From positions 145,018,001 to 145,082,000 of the forward strand of contig OX597815.1 in assembly GCA_951406725.2 (NCBI GenBank): a stretch of 64,000 nt of DNA, written 5' to 3'. The notes below the pieces were generated by a model that was given only the letters and a program-made list of their open reading frames with translations, ran no database searches and was not told the origin of the DNA. Source of the stretch: Octopus vulgaris. Taxonomy: Eukaryota. Position numbers and translations under genes: made by a program. Of the stretch, positions 38,885 to 52,280 are shown one piece after another (position 1 is the first letter of the stretch; each line of letters begins with the position of its first letter).

Positions 38885-40254
38885 TAATGCTTAGTTATAA
38901 TTGATGTTTAACATTGATAAACTTCCGAAGGCGGCGAGCTGACAGAATCGTTAGCACGCCAGGCGATATGCTTAGCAGTATTTCTTCTGTCGCTACGTTC
39001 CGTGTTCAAATTCCGCCGAGGTCGACTTTTGCCTTTTATCCTTTCGGGATCGATAAATTAAGTACCAGTCGATCTAATCGACTTAGTCCCCTCCCCAAGC
39101 TGCCATTCTGGCAAAAATTTGAAATTTTCATTAATAAACTTCCCATCTACATCTGCAATAATATATCATGAAAGACTTATCTTTTACTTGTTGCAGTCAT
39201 AAGTCCGCGGCTATGCTGGTGCACCACATTGAAGAAGTTTTAATCGAAGGAATCAACCTCCTCAGTACTTGTCTTTTTTTAATGTCTGATACTTTATTCT
39301 GTTGGTCTCTTTTGCCGAACCCCTAAATTACGGGACGTAAACGTACTAATACCGGTTGCCAAGTGGTGGTGGACGACAAACACAAACAGTAACTCATTCT
39401 CTCTCTCTCTCTCTCTCTCACTTACTCACACACTTGACGGGCTTCTTTCAGTTTCCATCCACCAAATTCATTTACAAGGATTAGATCGGCTATAGTAGAA
39501 GACACTTGCCCAAGGTGCTGCGCAGTGGGACCGAACCCAGAAGCAAACTTCTCACCACACAGCTACGGCAGTTTAGTAATAAATTCGTCTTGCCCATTGT
39601 AGGGAATGGCTATGAAGATCGAACACAAGAAAGATCTATTATCATGTTTAACCCATTAACTGCCAAGGCTTTTTTAATCATATTATTTTCGGCTCTGCTT
39701 GGTGTCTTAGTGGGACTGAACCCGGAACCATGTACTTACCACTCAGCCACGCCTGCATAGAAAAATTGCTAGAATTTTTTGTGTATGGTAGAAGTATAAC
39801 CAATTTATTGCACAGACTTTAGCAACGAAATCTTATATTGTACCCCAAAGGTCGTTTGGACCCCGGTTGGGAACCATTGACTTAAATAAAAAAGAAATGG
39901 ATGAGTGTAGAAACATTTCACAAAAAGTTTTGATATGGTTGTTGGGGAGGTGCTGGTGGTGGTATTTGTCTGAGGACTAATGATCTGCTCAGCAATTTGT
40001 TTCTTTTTTTAAAGCATTCACTCGTTACAAGACCACTGAAAACGTAAGAGCTACTAAAATAAAATGGACGCTAGACAGAAGTCAATAGGCGTAGGAGTGG
40101 CTGTGTGGTAAGTAGCTTGCTTATGAACTACATGGTTCCGGGTTCAGTCCCACTGCGTGGCACCTTGGGCAAGTGTAATCTACGATAGCCTCGAGCCAAC
40201 CAAAGCCTTGTGAGTGGATTTGGTAGACGGAAACTGAAAGAAGCCAGTCATATG

Positions 40255-40295
<41 letters not shown>

Positions 40296-40336
40296 ATATG
40301 TTTGTGTGTCTGTGTTTATCCAGCACCCCCCAACGA

Positions 40337-40570
40337 CATCTGGAGAGATGAGGTAATAAATCATCTGGAGATCTGTCTGGTAATAAGTCATCTTGAGAGT
40401 TGTTTGTAGTAAGGAGTAATAGTTCATCTGGAGACTTGTAATTATTCAGTTGGGGAGCTGTGGTGATAAATCATCTGAGAGCTGTCTCGACATCGGTTGT
40501 ATAAGTCATCTGGACATCTGTGGTAATAAGTCATCAAGATAAAGTCATCTGGAGAACTGTTGTAATATCT
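40337..40570. repeat. Degenerate ~25-bp minisatellite (GGTAATAAGTCATCTGGAGATCTGT)
   Basis: Repeated TCATCTGGAG/GTAATAA motifs are visible. Confidence 0.7.
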
Positions 40571-42042
40571 CTTCTGCTGAGCTGCGGTGATGTTATCGGT
40601 TGTGTTTTGGACATTGAATCTCTCTCCTTTACATTTCTTTCAGTTCAGTGAGACGGAGAAAGTGAATTTGTGTGTGATAGAGATAGCTAGCTAGCTAAAT
40701 AGATAAATAGATAGATAAACAGAGAGAGAGAGAGGGAGAGAAAGTGTGTGAGTAAGGGGAAAAGAATCGACTCCCATACTTATCGACCTCAAATGTATGA
40801 AAGGTAAAGTTGACTTCGGCGGAATTTGAATTCAGAACGCTGCAGGAAATTCGGACTGACGCTCTATTGATTAAGCCAACTCACCACTAACACACACACA
40901 CACATGCACACAACTCCACCCCAACACACAAACACACATCACATCGAGAAAGAGAAAGGTCGAGATAGAAAGCAAAAAAAAGGAGGTGTGAAAAGCAGAA
41001 AGAGTGTGTGAGAGAGAAAGGTACTGAGAAAGAGAGCAATTGAGAAAGAAAGAGAAAAAGAGAAGTTGTTATACTTACGAAAATCTCTCATGTAGAATAC
41101 GCCAATAAAATCTGATTTTCGGTTCACCAGAGACCGTTCTGCTCCAGAACTTAGGCTAAGCAAAATAATTATAAAGTTGTAGAATCCATTAAAGCAGAAA
41201 GATCTCTTTTTTCTTTCTTCTTTTCCTTCTTTTTTTTTTTTAACCAATTTCACGTTGTTGGTTTTACTGGATGCAACAAAAGCTTCCCTTAGGCCATTTT
41301 TGATAACCGTTTCAACAGTAAAACCACATCTCTTCAAACCTTGATGGTAAGCAAAGAAAACAAAACTACAAAACAGTGGCTACATGAAGACATCATTATC
41401 GTCTGCCGAACATGATGTAACTCACGCTACACCAATGTCTGAGAAAAATATGGGACGTTTTGATGTCGCACACTTTAATCGATATAACCTTTGTTTTGTG
41501 TGCTTTCAATAAGGTTGGTTAATGTAGAAACGAGACGTAAATATGTAATGACAATGAACAGAAATAAGTTAAGATAGTGTTAACATATTTTATGCAGCAG
41601 TTGTTAGAAATGTAACGGAAGATAATTATACAGTGAAGAAAATACTTCCTTTGTTCAAAGGTTAATGTTATGATAGTGTTTCAAGGAGGCGTGCTGGTCG
41701 AATCATTACCGTGTAGGTCTTAGCGGCATTTCGTCCGTCTCTGAATTCAAATTCCGATGAGGTCGACTTCGCTTTTTATCCTTTCGGGGTCGAAAAATAA
41801 GTACCAATTCATTACTAGGATCGATATAATCGATTTAACCCTTCCACCCGAAATTATTGGCCATGTGTCAAATTTGAGACACATATTTTTATTGTGTTTT
41901 AATCACCATGGTGATTGAAAAGATGTCGATCTGTGTAATATTTCATTATTAACTCTGTGTAATATTGTCATTAACTCTGGCTAAGTCTAGAGGACATTTT
42001 ATGTCATAAATCACAATTTTTGAACTATAAAAATATTGACTG

Positions 42043-42420
42043 TTTTATCTTTTACCTTTTATCTTTTATGGTTTTAGCCAGAGGCTGAGGCCATGCTGGT
42101 GCTCTGCCTTTACTGCATCCGGAGATATTTCCAGTATTGCCGCTCTTCTTTGTGCCTCCTGCCGCGATCTGAGTTCTTTCGGTATTGTAGATAAAAAGCT
42201 GCCTGGACGTTTTTTGAAGACTTTCATGTCTATACCTTGTAGATCCCTGATGTCCTGTGGTAGGGCATTAAAAAGTTGTGGCCCCTTGAATTCCAAGCTA
42301 TTACAATATTGAGTTCGTATCCTCGATGGAGAAGATGGGGCCTTTGGTACTGTGCAATGCCGTTCAATTCGGGTATTGTAGATTTTAATTCCAAAATTTG
42401 GAGCTAGACCCCAAAACATT
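42043..42420 (-). mobile_element. CR1/L2-group LINE 3' fragment with (TAAAAGA)n tail
   Basis: ORF 42066-42440 NSLEFKGPQLFNALPQDIRDL...FKK....FLSTIP resembles the CR1-group ORF2 C-terminus. The tail is shared with SINE family A. Confidence 0.7.
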
Positions 42421-44260
42421 TTTTCTTTTGCATTTTCCATCTATATCATTCATTGATATCCCATATACATTCGCATTTGATACTATAGTTTAAAAAAAAA
42501 CTAAAATGTTTATTATTACAATTGAATAGAAAAGGGAAAAGGATAAATATGCTTTTTTTCAGCGATCCCCATTTGGGACTTTTCGAAAAAATTATCCTAA
42601 TTTCCAAAATAATTCACATATGAAGAACATTTAAATACTATATATTATTTTAACTCTTAGAATATCTGGCAAAGCCAAAAAATATGAAAGAAGAATTTGG
42701 CAGTCAATGGGTTAAGCGAGATGCCGGTTCGTCAAAGGATTACTCATTTCTACCGGCCGAGTGTAATGGAACAAAATGAAATGAAATGTTTTGCTCAAGA
42801 ACACATCACATCGCCCGATCCAGGAATCGAAACCACAATCTTATGTTTGCGAGGTCAATACCCTTACCACTAAGTCACACGTTCCTTCGTATCTCTTCAG
42901 AAGTGCATGACATTTTCTCCCCATCCCTTACAACACTATCTGTCCTGTTACACACACACAGGGTAACTATTTGTATTCGAATTTTCTATTAGTATTCAGT
43001 CGAAGTCGACTTTGCCTTTCATTCTTTCGGGGTCGATAAATTAAGTATCAGTTATGTATTGGGGTCGATCGAATCGACTGGTCCCCCTCCTGCCTAGAGA
43101 AGAAAAGAATATTCCATCAGTATTCTTTATTTTGAAATGTGCTGATACTTTCTAGCTCTGGTGTACCTTTGGTATGGCCGTTGGGACTATCCATGCGTAT
43201 AAAACTGGTTTCAGATTTTGGCACAAGGCCAGCAATTTCGGGGGAGGGGTTAAGTCGGTTACATCAACCTTAATGTTCAACTGATTCTTATTTTATCGAC
43301 CTCGATGGTATTTGAACCCAGAACTTTAAGGCGACCAAAATTCCGCGCAGCATTCTGTCCGGCGTGCCACAATTCTTTTCTACTCTGGGCACAAGGTCCT
43401 AAATTTTTGGAGAAGGTGCCAGTCGATTAGATCGACCCCAATACGCAACTAGTAAATTAATTTATCGACCCCGAAAGGATGAAAGGCAAAGTCAACCTCG
43501 GCGGAATTTGAACTCAGAACATAAAAACAGATGAAATATTTTGTACTCGAGGCACAAGGCCCGTAATTTTGGGGGAGGGGAAGCAGTCGATTAGATCGAC
43601 CCCAGTGTGCAACTGGTACTTAATTTATCGACCCCCGAAAGGATGAAAAACAAAGTCGGCATCGGCGGAATTTGAACTCAGAACGTGAAGACAGACGAAA
43701 TATCGCCAAGCAGTTCGCCCGGCGTGCCACGATTCTGCCAGCTCGCTGACTGAAGAGCAATTACCCTGAAACTAGTCTTTGGTTGCTGGCTTTGTTGGGT
43801 GGAGGTGCTTATCTCCCCTGTTTGAAAACTTAAGGACTCAGAACGTTTGTGTTGTGTAGCCAACTAGAAACGGTGTTTCTTGGGGCTAAATAGCAGTACG
43901 TTCTTCCCTTTCACAGGACTTCCACATTAAGTTGACAACAAGCCATCATTTTATGGTGCTGCGAGAGATTCAGAAATGCAATATTTTAAAATTCTAAATA
44001 GTTTTAGCGAAAATATGTCTCATGCGAAAGTAGTCTCTTATGGACATTTATAGACAGCTGCTGATGCAATGGATGATAACCTACACACTGGTATGGCATC
44101 ATCGATTTTTTTTCTATCACTATGGAGGTCAAGAGACATCCTTATCCCTCTTATTAATCAGATATATCGCACCATTCTTCTGTTTTTAGATAGCGAAAGA
44201 GGTGTTGTGTGTTTATCGCACGTCTAGGAAAGACTCTTATTTCTGTTAACGTTTTTGGCA

Positions 44261-44945
44261 AAGGCGGCGAGCTGGTAGAAACGTTAGCACGCCGGGTGAA
44301 ATGCTTAGCAGTATTTCGTCTGCCGTTACGTTCTGAGTTCAAATTCTACCGATGTCGACTTTGCCTTTTATCCTTTTGGGGTCGATAAATTAAGTATCAG
44401 TTACGCACTAGGGTCGATGTAGTCAACTCAATCCCTTTGTCTGTCCTTGTTTATCCCCTCTATGTTTAGCCCCTTGTGGGGGAAATAAGAAACGTTAGCA
44501 CGCCGGGCGAAATGCGTAGCCGTATTTCGTCTGCCGTTACGTTCTGAGTTCAAATTCCGCCGAGGTCGACTTTGCCTTTCATCCTTTCGGGGTCGATATA
44601 ATCGACTTAATCCGTTTGTCTGTCCTTGTTTGTCCTCTCTGTGTTTAGCCCCTTGTGGGTAGTAAAGAAATAGGTATTTCGTCTGTCAAATTCCGCCGAG
44701 GTCGACTTTGCCTTTCATCCTTTCGGAGTCGATATAATCGACTTAATCCGTTTGTCTGTCCTTCTTTGTCCTCTCTGCGTATAGCCCCTTGTGGGTAGTA
44801 AAGAAATAGGTATTTCGTCTGTCAAACTTTGACTTTGCCTTTCATCCTTTCGGGGTCGATCACCAGTTGCGTATATGGTGTCGATCTAATCGACTGGCCC
44901 CCCTCCCCCAAAATTTCGGGCCTTGTGCCTTGAGTAGAAAAGAAA
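44261..44945 (+). mobile_element. Multimeric SINE family B insertion
   Basis: About five head-to-tail partial units of GTCGACTTTGCCTTTCATCCTTTCGG. Flanked by an imperfect 18-bp direct repeat (44243-44260 / 44946-44963, 15/18 identical). Confidence 0.75.
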
Positions 44946-45601
44946 CTGTTAATGTTGTTGACATTTACTGTGTTGTGGATATGCATCCACGCAAAACTTT
45001 CTGCTGCCAGAATTACTATTTCCCCTCTAAATCTCTGTTTAAGTAGGTCAGTTCAGTCACCCTTGGCTCACAAGGAACAGCTGCACATTCAGAGTACGGA
45101 TGGATGAATGGAAGGCTTGCGTGTTTCTGCGTGTATAAATATATGTATGATATAGTATGTATGTATTTATGTATGTATGTATGCATGTATGTATGTATGT
45201 ATGCATGTATGCATGTATGCATGTATGCATGTATGTATGTGTATGTACATATATAAATATGAATGGAAGGCTGGTATGTGTAGTGTGTGCATAGAAGTAT
45301 GTATAATATGTTGTTTGTGTAAGTTTGCATTGTGCGGTGTGTATGCATAGGTGTAAGTATGTGTGATCGTCAGTGTGTGTTTGATGGTGTACGTGTACTT
45401 ATCCGTATGTTTGTATGTATGTATGCATGTGTATGTATATGTGTGTGTGTGTATGCGCGTGTGTATTTGGGTGTACTTTACAGCAAAGATTAATATGCAA
45501 AATCCATTTACCGTCTGTGACACGACAGGAATCGCTGCATGTGTTCCCTCGTGAGTTCACAAGTAACTGTGTTTGTATATATATATATATATGTGCGTGT
45601 G

Positions 45602-45684
<83 letters not shown>

Positions 45685-46006
45685 CACACACATTAATACA
45701 TATGTGAACTTTTAAGTTAGTTAAAATATGTTTGTGACTTATTTTAACTTCTAAAGGCAAACTCACTGTAGTTACTGTGAAGTAAAAATATCCTCTCTTT
45801 TAGTAAAAGATGCGAAAACACCATGTCTGCCCAGTGCTTCCCTCTTGCGGATTCCCAGACACACGTTTCTTGCTCTTTATCCTTCCTCAACGGGAAATAC
45901 TGAAGAGAAATAAACGCGGGCAGATTCAAAGCCGCAGTTTTAAGTAAAAACCTGTCAACATCAGTGACTAAGTTGCACTAGTGGACCGCCTGGTCGGAAT
46001 AAAAAT

Positions 46007-46536
46007 CCTTTCTACTCTAGGCACAAGGCCCGAAATATTTGGGGAGTGAGAGAGGCAGTCGATTAAATCGACCCCAGTGCACAACTGGTACTTAATTTAT
46101 CGATCCCGAAAAGATGAAAGGCAAAGCCGACCTCGGCGGAACTTGAACTCAGAACAAAGAATACTGAGATATTGATTTGAAAAAGTACCCAACATTCTCA
46201 GACCTTACACAGAAACAATGTGTACATATTTCTTTTGTGTATTTGGTTTGCAAAATTCTTGATGTGAATTTATGTGTTGAAACAAATCTTGTGTCTTGGG
46301 AGGGTCTAATAATACCTATTTCTTTACTATCCACAAGGGGCTAAACACAGAAGGGACAAACAAGGACAGACAAACGGATTAAGTCAATTATATCGACCCC
46401 AGTGCGTAACTGGTACTTATTTAATCGACCCCGAAAGGATGAAAGGCAAAGTATACCTCGGCGGAATTTGGACTCAGAACGTAGCGGCAGACAAAATACC
46501 GCTAAGCATTTCGTTCGGCGTACTAACGATTCGCCA
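46007..46536 (-). mobile_element. Chimeric SINE B insertion carrying ~160 bp of non-SINE sequence
   Basis: Exact 15-bp direct repeat GGTCGGAATAAAAAT at 45992-46006 and 46537-46551. Segment 46007-46315 is an inverted copy of 47822-48128. Confidence 0.75.
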
Positions 46537-46819
46537 GGTCGGAATAAAAATACGAGCATCAATGCCAAGCTGTGGTTAGGGAACCACTGACCAGATGTCG
46601 GTTTTTTTTTACACCTTTTACTATAAGTGAAAAAATCTTCTCCACATTAATTGCAGTGAATTTGTCTTTAGAAGTTAAAATATATCACAAACTAACCTAA
46701 AGTTCGTTTATTCCCAATCGCTGCTCAGCCTCGATACTGCTAAACCTTACCTACCTACCTACCTACCTACCTACCTACCTACCTACCTACCTACATACAT
46801 ACATGCATACATACATACA

Positions 46820-47685
46820 TACGAAAATCCCTGTTATGGAATACATTCATAAACACCAACTCAAAGAATACTGGTGGAATATTCCCATCAAAACTTCTGT
46901 CAAACGTAAACATAACAGGCCGGATATTGTTGTTTGGGACAGAGGGGCAAAAGTATGTACCATCATAGAGGTCAGCTGCCCTGAAAATATAAATATCTCT
47001 TTGAAAATAAAAGAAAAAGAGGATATCTATGGACAACTGCTTTGGAATCGCTAGCTTCTATATACGGACTATGAATTCATATTCATACTAATAATAATTG
47101 GAGTGAGGGCGCGTGGCTTAGTGGTTAGGGCATTCGGCTCATGATCGTAAGGTTGTGAGTTCGATTCCCGGCTACGCGTTGTGTCCTTGAGCAAGACACT
47201 TTATTTCACGTTGCTCCAGTCCACTCAGCTGGCAAAAATGAGTTGTACTTGTATTTCAAAGGGTCAGCCTTGTCACTCTCTGTGTCACGCTGATTATCCC
47301 CGAGAACTACGTTAAGGGTACATGTGTCTGTGGAATGCTCAGCCATTTGTACGTTAATTTCACGAGCAAGCTGTTCCGTTGATCGTATCAGCTGGGACCC
47401 TCGTCGTCGTAACCGGCGGAGTCTTTTAATAATAATTGGAGGACTAGGTTTGTTAGTAAATACTTAAAGGAGAATCTGGATAGACTGGGATTTTCAGAAA
47501 GAGAAATTGACCGGCTAATTTATACATTACAAATGCAATGTGTGAGTGGAACAGTAAAAATATGCAAAACTTTTCTCAAGTTCCAATTGAGAATTTCTTT
47601 GTGTTAACTACATCCCAAAGATGGAACCTTGTATCTTTGTTGGAAACCGGCTCCCTCCTCAGTGGAAGATTTATAATAATTAAAA
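46820..47685 (+). mobile_element. R4/Dong-type LINE 3' fragment (RLE domain), interrupted by a SINE
   Basis: YWWNIPIKT..KHNRPDIVVWD..KVCTIIEVSCP...KEKEDIYGQL...IIIG[SINE]GLG...LKENLDRLGF...GTVKICKTFLKF. Confidence 0.75.
47104..47426 (+). mobile_element. Full-length SINE family C with 15-bp TSD
   Basis: A box TGGCTTAGTGG and B box GAGTTCGATTC. TSD TAATAATAATTGGAG at 47089-47103 and 47427-47441. Confidence 0.9.
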
Positions 47686-48430
47686 ATATAGAAGACACAC
47701 ACACACACACACAAGCTCTCGCGCGCGCACACACACATCAGTTGTTTGTCAAAGTCCTTTCGTCGCTATTCGTGACCTCATCAATAACATGCCTCCTCTC
47801 TTTAAGGTCTGACTTGAGTCTGTTATTAGACTCTCCCATGACACAAGATTTGTTTCAACACACAAATTCACATCAAGAATTTTGCAAACAAATACAAAGA
47901 CAAAATATGTACACATTGTTTCTGTATAAGGTCTGAGAATGTTGGGTACTTCTTCATATCAATATCTTAATATTCTTTGTTCTGAGTTCAAATTCCGCCG
48001 AGGTCGACTTTGCTTTTCATCCTTTCCAGGTTGATAAATTAAGTACCAGTTGCGTACTGAAGTCGATCTAATCGACTGGTCCCCTCCCCAGAAATTTCGG
48101 GCCTTGTGCCTAGAGTAGAAAAGAATATTTCAATAATCTTTTAATCCCTTCATGAAACATATGGATGTCTTCCCTGGCCTTTCTACAGAATTGGTGTAGG
48201 TCTTGGTTCAGTTTGAAAGTCCACTGGAATTACTCGCTGTAGTTCCGCGATCTGCGATACTTGACTCCGGGTTTCTTGTCGCGTGATGGTGTGTGTGTAG
48301 TAGGAAATTTCCATGTTCTTTTATTCTCTCATTTGACTGTGGTCACGCTGGAACACCGCCTTTAGTCGAGCAAATTGACCCGAGTACTTATTCTTTTGTA
48401 AGCCTTGTACTATATATATATATATATAGT

Positions 48431-48510
<80 letters not shown>

Positions 48511-49678
48511 GCACACACACACAGAGCCATATGGCTGTTCCATAGGAAATGACGTTACTACCAGCTAGTTATTCGATGCAATCAGTACCTGATATATATT
48601 GCAAACAGGGAGAGAACCCCCACAATATTCTGGCCACGAGACCACCAGACCGTACGGTTTCGACCTCTTGGTGAAGAAAACACCTAAGTTACCTTGGGAC
48701 TGAGCTGAAAGCCACGTAGCCGTGAAGCTAACTTCTTAGCCACAATGTATGTATGTATGTATGTATGTATGTATGTATGTATGTATGTATGTATGTATGT
48801 ATGTGTGTGTGTGTGTGTGTGTGTGCATGTATGTGTGTGTGCGTGTGTGATGTGTGCGTGTTTCTGTGTACGTGTATGGACGTGTGTGCATAGCCTTGTA
48901 GTCGAAATGTTCTATTATTAAATACGTAGATGCTTCAAGAAAAGAAAATAATATACATACTTCACTATGATGATTAGCTTGAGTAAAATTATATTCTTGA
49001 GCACGAACCTCTTGGTTACTTTTTTTTTTTATCATTCTTTAATCTCAAAATAAGGAGCTGACGAAATAACTTTGACAAAAGTAGTAAAAAATTTCTAAAA
49101 AACATCACTGAACACCATTAAAAAAGCTAACGTCATCAGACAAACATCATTAACATATTTCTATCTCAACCACCCCATTAAAACTGAACTAATGTTTTTT
49201 CTAAAGCAGATGATACAACCAAGCAGGCGATATAACCAAGCAGACGATACAACCAAGATGGTGATTAATGATGACGTCTTCTTTTTAAAACATTATCCTT
49301 GTATTTATAGTTTATTTATTTATTTATCTTATATGATCACATTTTGTAAACAGGATCGGCTTGCTGGTTAAAGGTTTCGAATGACGGACCTATCATTGGT
49401 TCACTGCAATAATGATGGCGATAATGAAGAGAGCGTGTCAAGTCAACTCAAGGAGAACGGATACAACATAAGGTATTTTTGTTTGTAGGCACCCCTTTAT
49501 TGGGTTTTCTCGCCGATGTTTACATATGCACACATACACACACACAAAAACATACAAACAACTACACTTTTGCGCATGTGTCTAAGTATGAATTACTGAA
49601 TGCATGATATATATATATACATATGCACATGCATACACACATACATACATACATACATACATACATACATACATACAT

Positions 49679-49711
<33 letters not shown>

Positions 49712-50759
49712 TATATAAATACACACACACATATACATGTCGACCAGACTATCAGATGTTGTTATACATCGCTGGCCACAATTCGCTTTACATCGTTTTA
49801 GCCTTTGAATGATGCCACCCCGCTTGCTGGCCGATCAGGCCTATATATATATAAACTAAAACTGGTATTTCGTCGGTTTCGACGACGAGTGTTCCAGTTA
49901 ATTCGATCATCTAAACAGCCCGCTCGTTGGGTCACCGAGAAAATCTGAGTTTCCCAGCAGCGGAGTTTTGTTTCGTGGGTTCTTTTCTTTCCCAGGTTAT
50001 TTCGCATGCTTTCAACGAATGTGACATCGAAATCACGCGTAAACGGCTCTTTTCCCCAGAAAAGGAGAGATTTGGCTGCTATTTCTTGCACGCCCTGCTA
50101 CCACGTAACAGGTGTTTCAAGTTCTTTATTGCAAATAGCAGTTACGTGGTAGTAGAGCGTGCTAGAAATAGCCAAATCTTTGGAGGTGAGATACATTGAA
50201 CACAGTCGAAAAAATCCTATGGAAAAAAACCTAAATCACACAGAGGTTACGAACGGGTTTTTACGAAATATTTACTGTATTTTTAAATCATTTTCACTTT
50301 AAAATATTTTCTTAAATATGTCAAAAAAGAATCTTTGTAATGGTATTCACTTGAAAAGAAATTAAAAAATATTAAAATATTGTTTGTTTAAAGACAGCTA
50401 AAATATAAATACGTACTGTACAAATAGCTTACGTTTCTGAAATCGCATTCACTTAAAAATATTTCTAAATGACTAAAATATTGTGTTTAACAAAAGCGAA
50501 AATAGAAACATTTACTGTAAAAAAACTCGTGTTTTCGTTGTCAAGTCACTGTGTCTAATGATGAAGATTATTTTCGGAATATTTTCCCATTACGCACCGT
50601 TTTGGGTATTTATACCCGAAAACTTCTAATATCTTTATAACTACTTGTCCGACTTACGCGAAACTTGTTTTATTTCGTTCGTATTAACATTTCAGGGTAA
50701 ACTTAATTCATAGTATTTTTCCATTATGCGCCAGTTTGGCTTGGTAACACTGCAAGCAA

Positions 50760-51148
50760 GCAAGCAAACAAAAAGAAGATCGGGTCTCAGTTGTGCTGGA
50801 TCTCTTTGAGTGTGTCGAGAAAGACGAAAACTTATTGAAAACGGTCATAACAGTTGGAAAATGGTGGGTCTATGCCTATGACCCCGAAACAAAGGCTTGA
50901 AATGAATCTCACTTGAAAGGAACAGGATTTCAAGACGTCGAGAAAATCCAAGAGAATTCAAATAAGCAGCTGTTTACCATCCTCCAAGAAAGGAGTTTCA
51001 GGAATGCTTCCGTCAATGGAAACGATACTGGATAAAGTGTGTGGCTTGAGAAAGGAACCACTTTGAAGGTGATTAAACACCGAATTGATATGCGTGGCAG
51101 CTTTCTTTTTATAGCGCCAGTTCCGATAATTTTTGAGTAGAACGCGTA
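50760..51148 (+). mobile_element. Internally deleted mariner relic
   Basis: KQKEDRV...FECVEKDENLLKTVIT..KWWVYAYDPETK is joined to LKGTGFQDVEKIQ...FRQWKRYWIKCV...FEGD*. Confidence 0.65.
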
Positions 51149-52280
51149 TGTTCATCGCTGGTATATTTTGTCTCCGGAGAACAACTCTTTTCCGAAAATC
51201 TGTGTTCACAAGACTCTGCATTCGTTGTGGTATGAGGATTTTGAAATGCCGAGGTGTTTCAACCTGGTTGTATCTCTTCAGTAAAAACTACTCTCGATCA
51301 ATGAAACTATATATGAATAATTTTGAGTTTTCTTTATAGAAATCAGGAAACTAATTATTTGGTGGTGCATGCTGATGTCTGCTAAATCAATATTAAATTG
51401 TTAATCGCAAGGAGAACAGCGAAAATCAAAGCAGTGAGATATATATTTATTCTTAATATGTTCTGGCAGATTCGGACTTGAATATGCTAATCGCTGGTGT
51501 ATTTCGACTCTGGAGAATAACTTCTTGCAGACGATGTGTCTCATCTTACAGCACACTCACTTCACTGACGTAATGGGACTTTGAGTTACCGCGATATTTC
51601 AAGCTGTCTATGTCTCTTCAGTTTAGTTTTAACAGAAGTTGAATACAGTTTCATACACTTTAATAGTTTTTTTTTAAAGTAGATGAATAGTGAAAATACA
51701 GTTGCGTTATATGTAAAATGTCAGGCCTTTTATGGGACATTTTAAGTATCATTAACCAAATAATTAATTAAGGAATGAGTTATCTGATAATTCGTCGGAA
51801 CCGTTAGCTGCCTGGTTCTTTATCACATCTTCAGATCCGTTATGGCAAAACCCTAAGAAGTTTTATTCGCTTTATGCTCATCATTCAATTTTTTGTCAAT
51901 AACGAAATACAGTATCACGTAACCATCACCCGGATTTTGCTCAAGTGTCTATTTTTCTTATATTTGTCATGGCACAGTAAATGCAACATCTAACAGAACA
52001 ACGAAATCTAAGTTTGATGAAGTCACCAGATGGGGTTTCAAAAAGGCCATTAAACAGCGTTAGGCGGAAGTGAATATATTTTGTAATGAAAGCATAAGTT
52101 AAATGAGGAAACGTTAGTCAAGTATGTCTTCAAGGATTGGTTGATGTTCGAAACGATCCTATATCCAAGATGATGCTTGAAAAACTCCACCTCCGAAAAA
52201 GAGTGGCCGTATCAATGCACATACTTATACATACATACATACATACATACATACATACATACATACATACATACATACAT

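Noticed and set aside
40939-41337. 132-aa minus-strand ORF with a GTAAGT donor near 41078
   Set aside because: Largely low-complexity, with no acceptor or recognisable homology.
47104-47175. tRNA gene (also the heads at 10243, 13932, 40086 and 62742)
   Set aside because: A/B boxes are present but there is no complete cloverleaf. Each continues into a SINE body, and this one has a TSD.
49354-49471. Possible + strand exon (cag...aag/gtattt)
   Set aside because: Stops in all three frames and no homology.
50199-50555. AT-rich MITE-like segment with ACACAGT/ACTGTGT ends
   Set aside because: Terminal match too short and no convincing target duplication.
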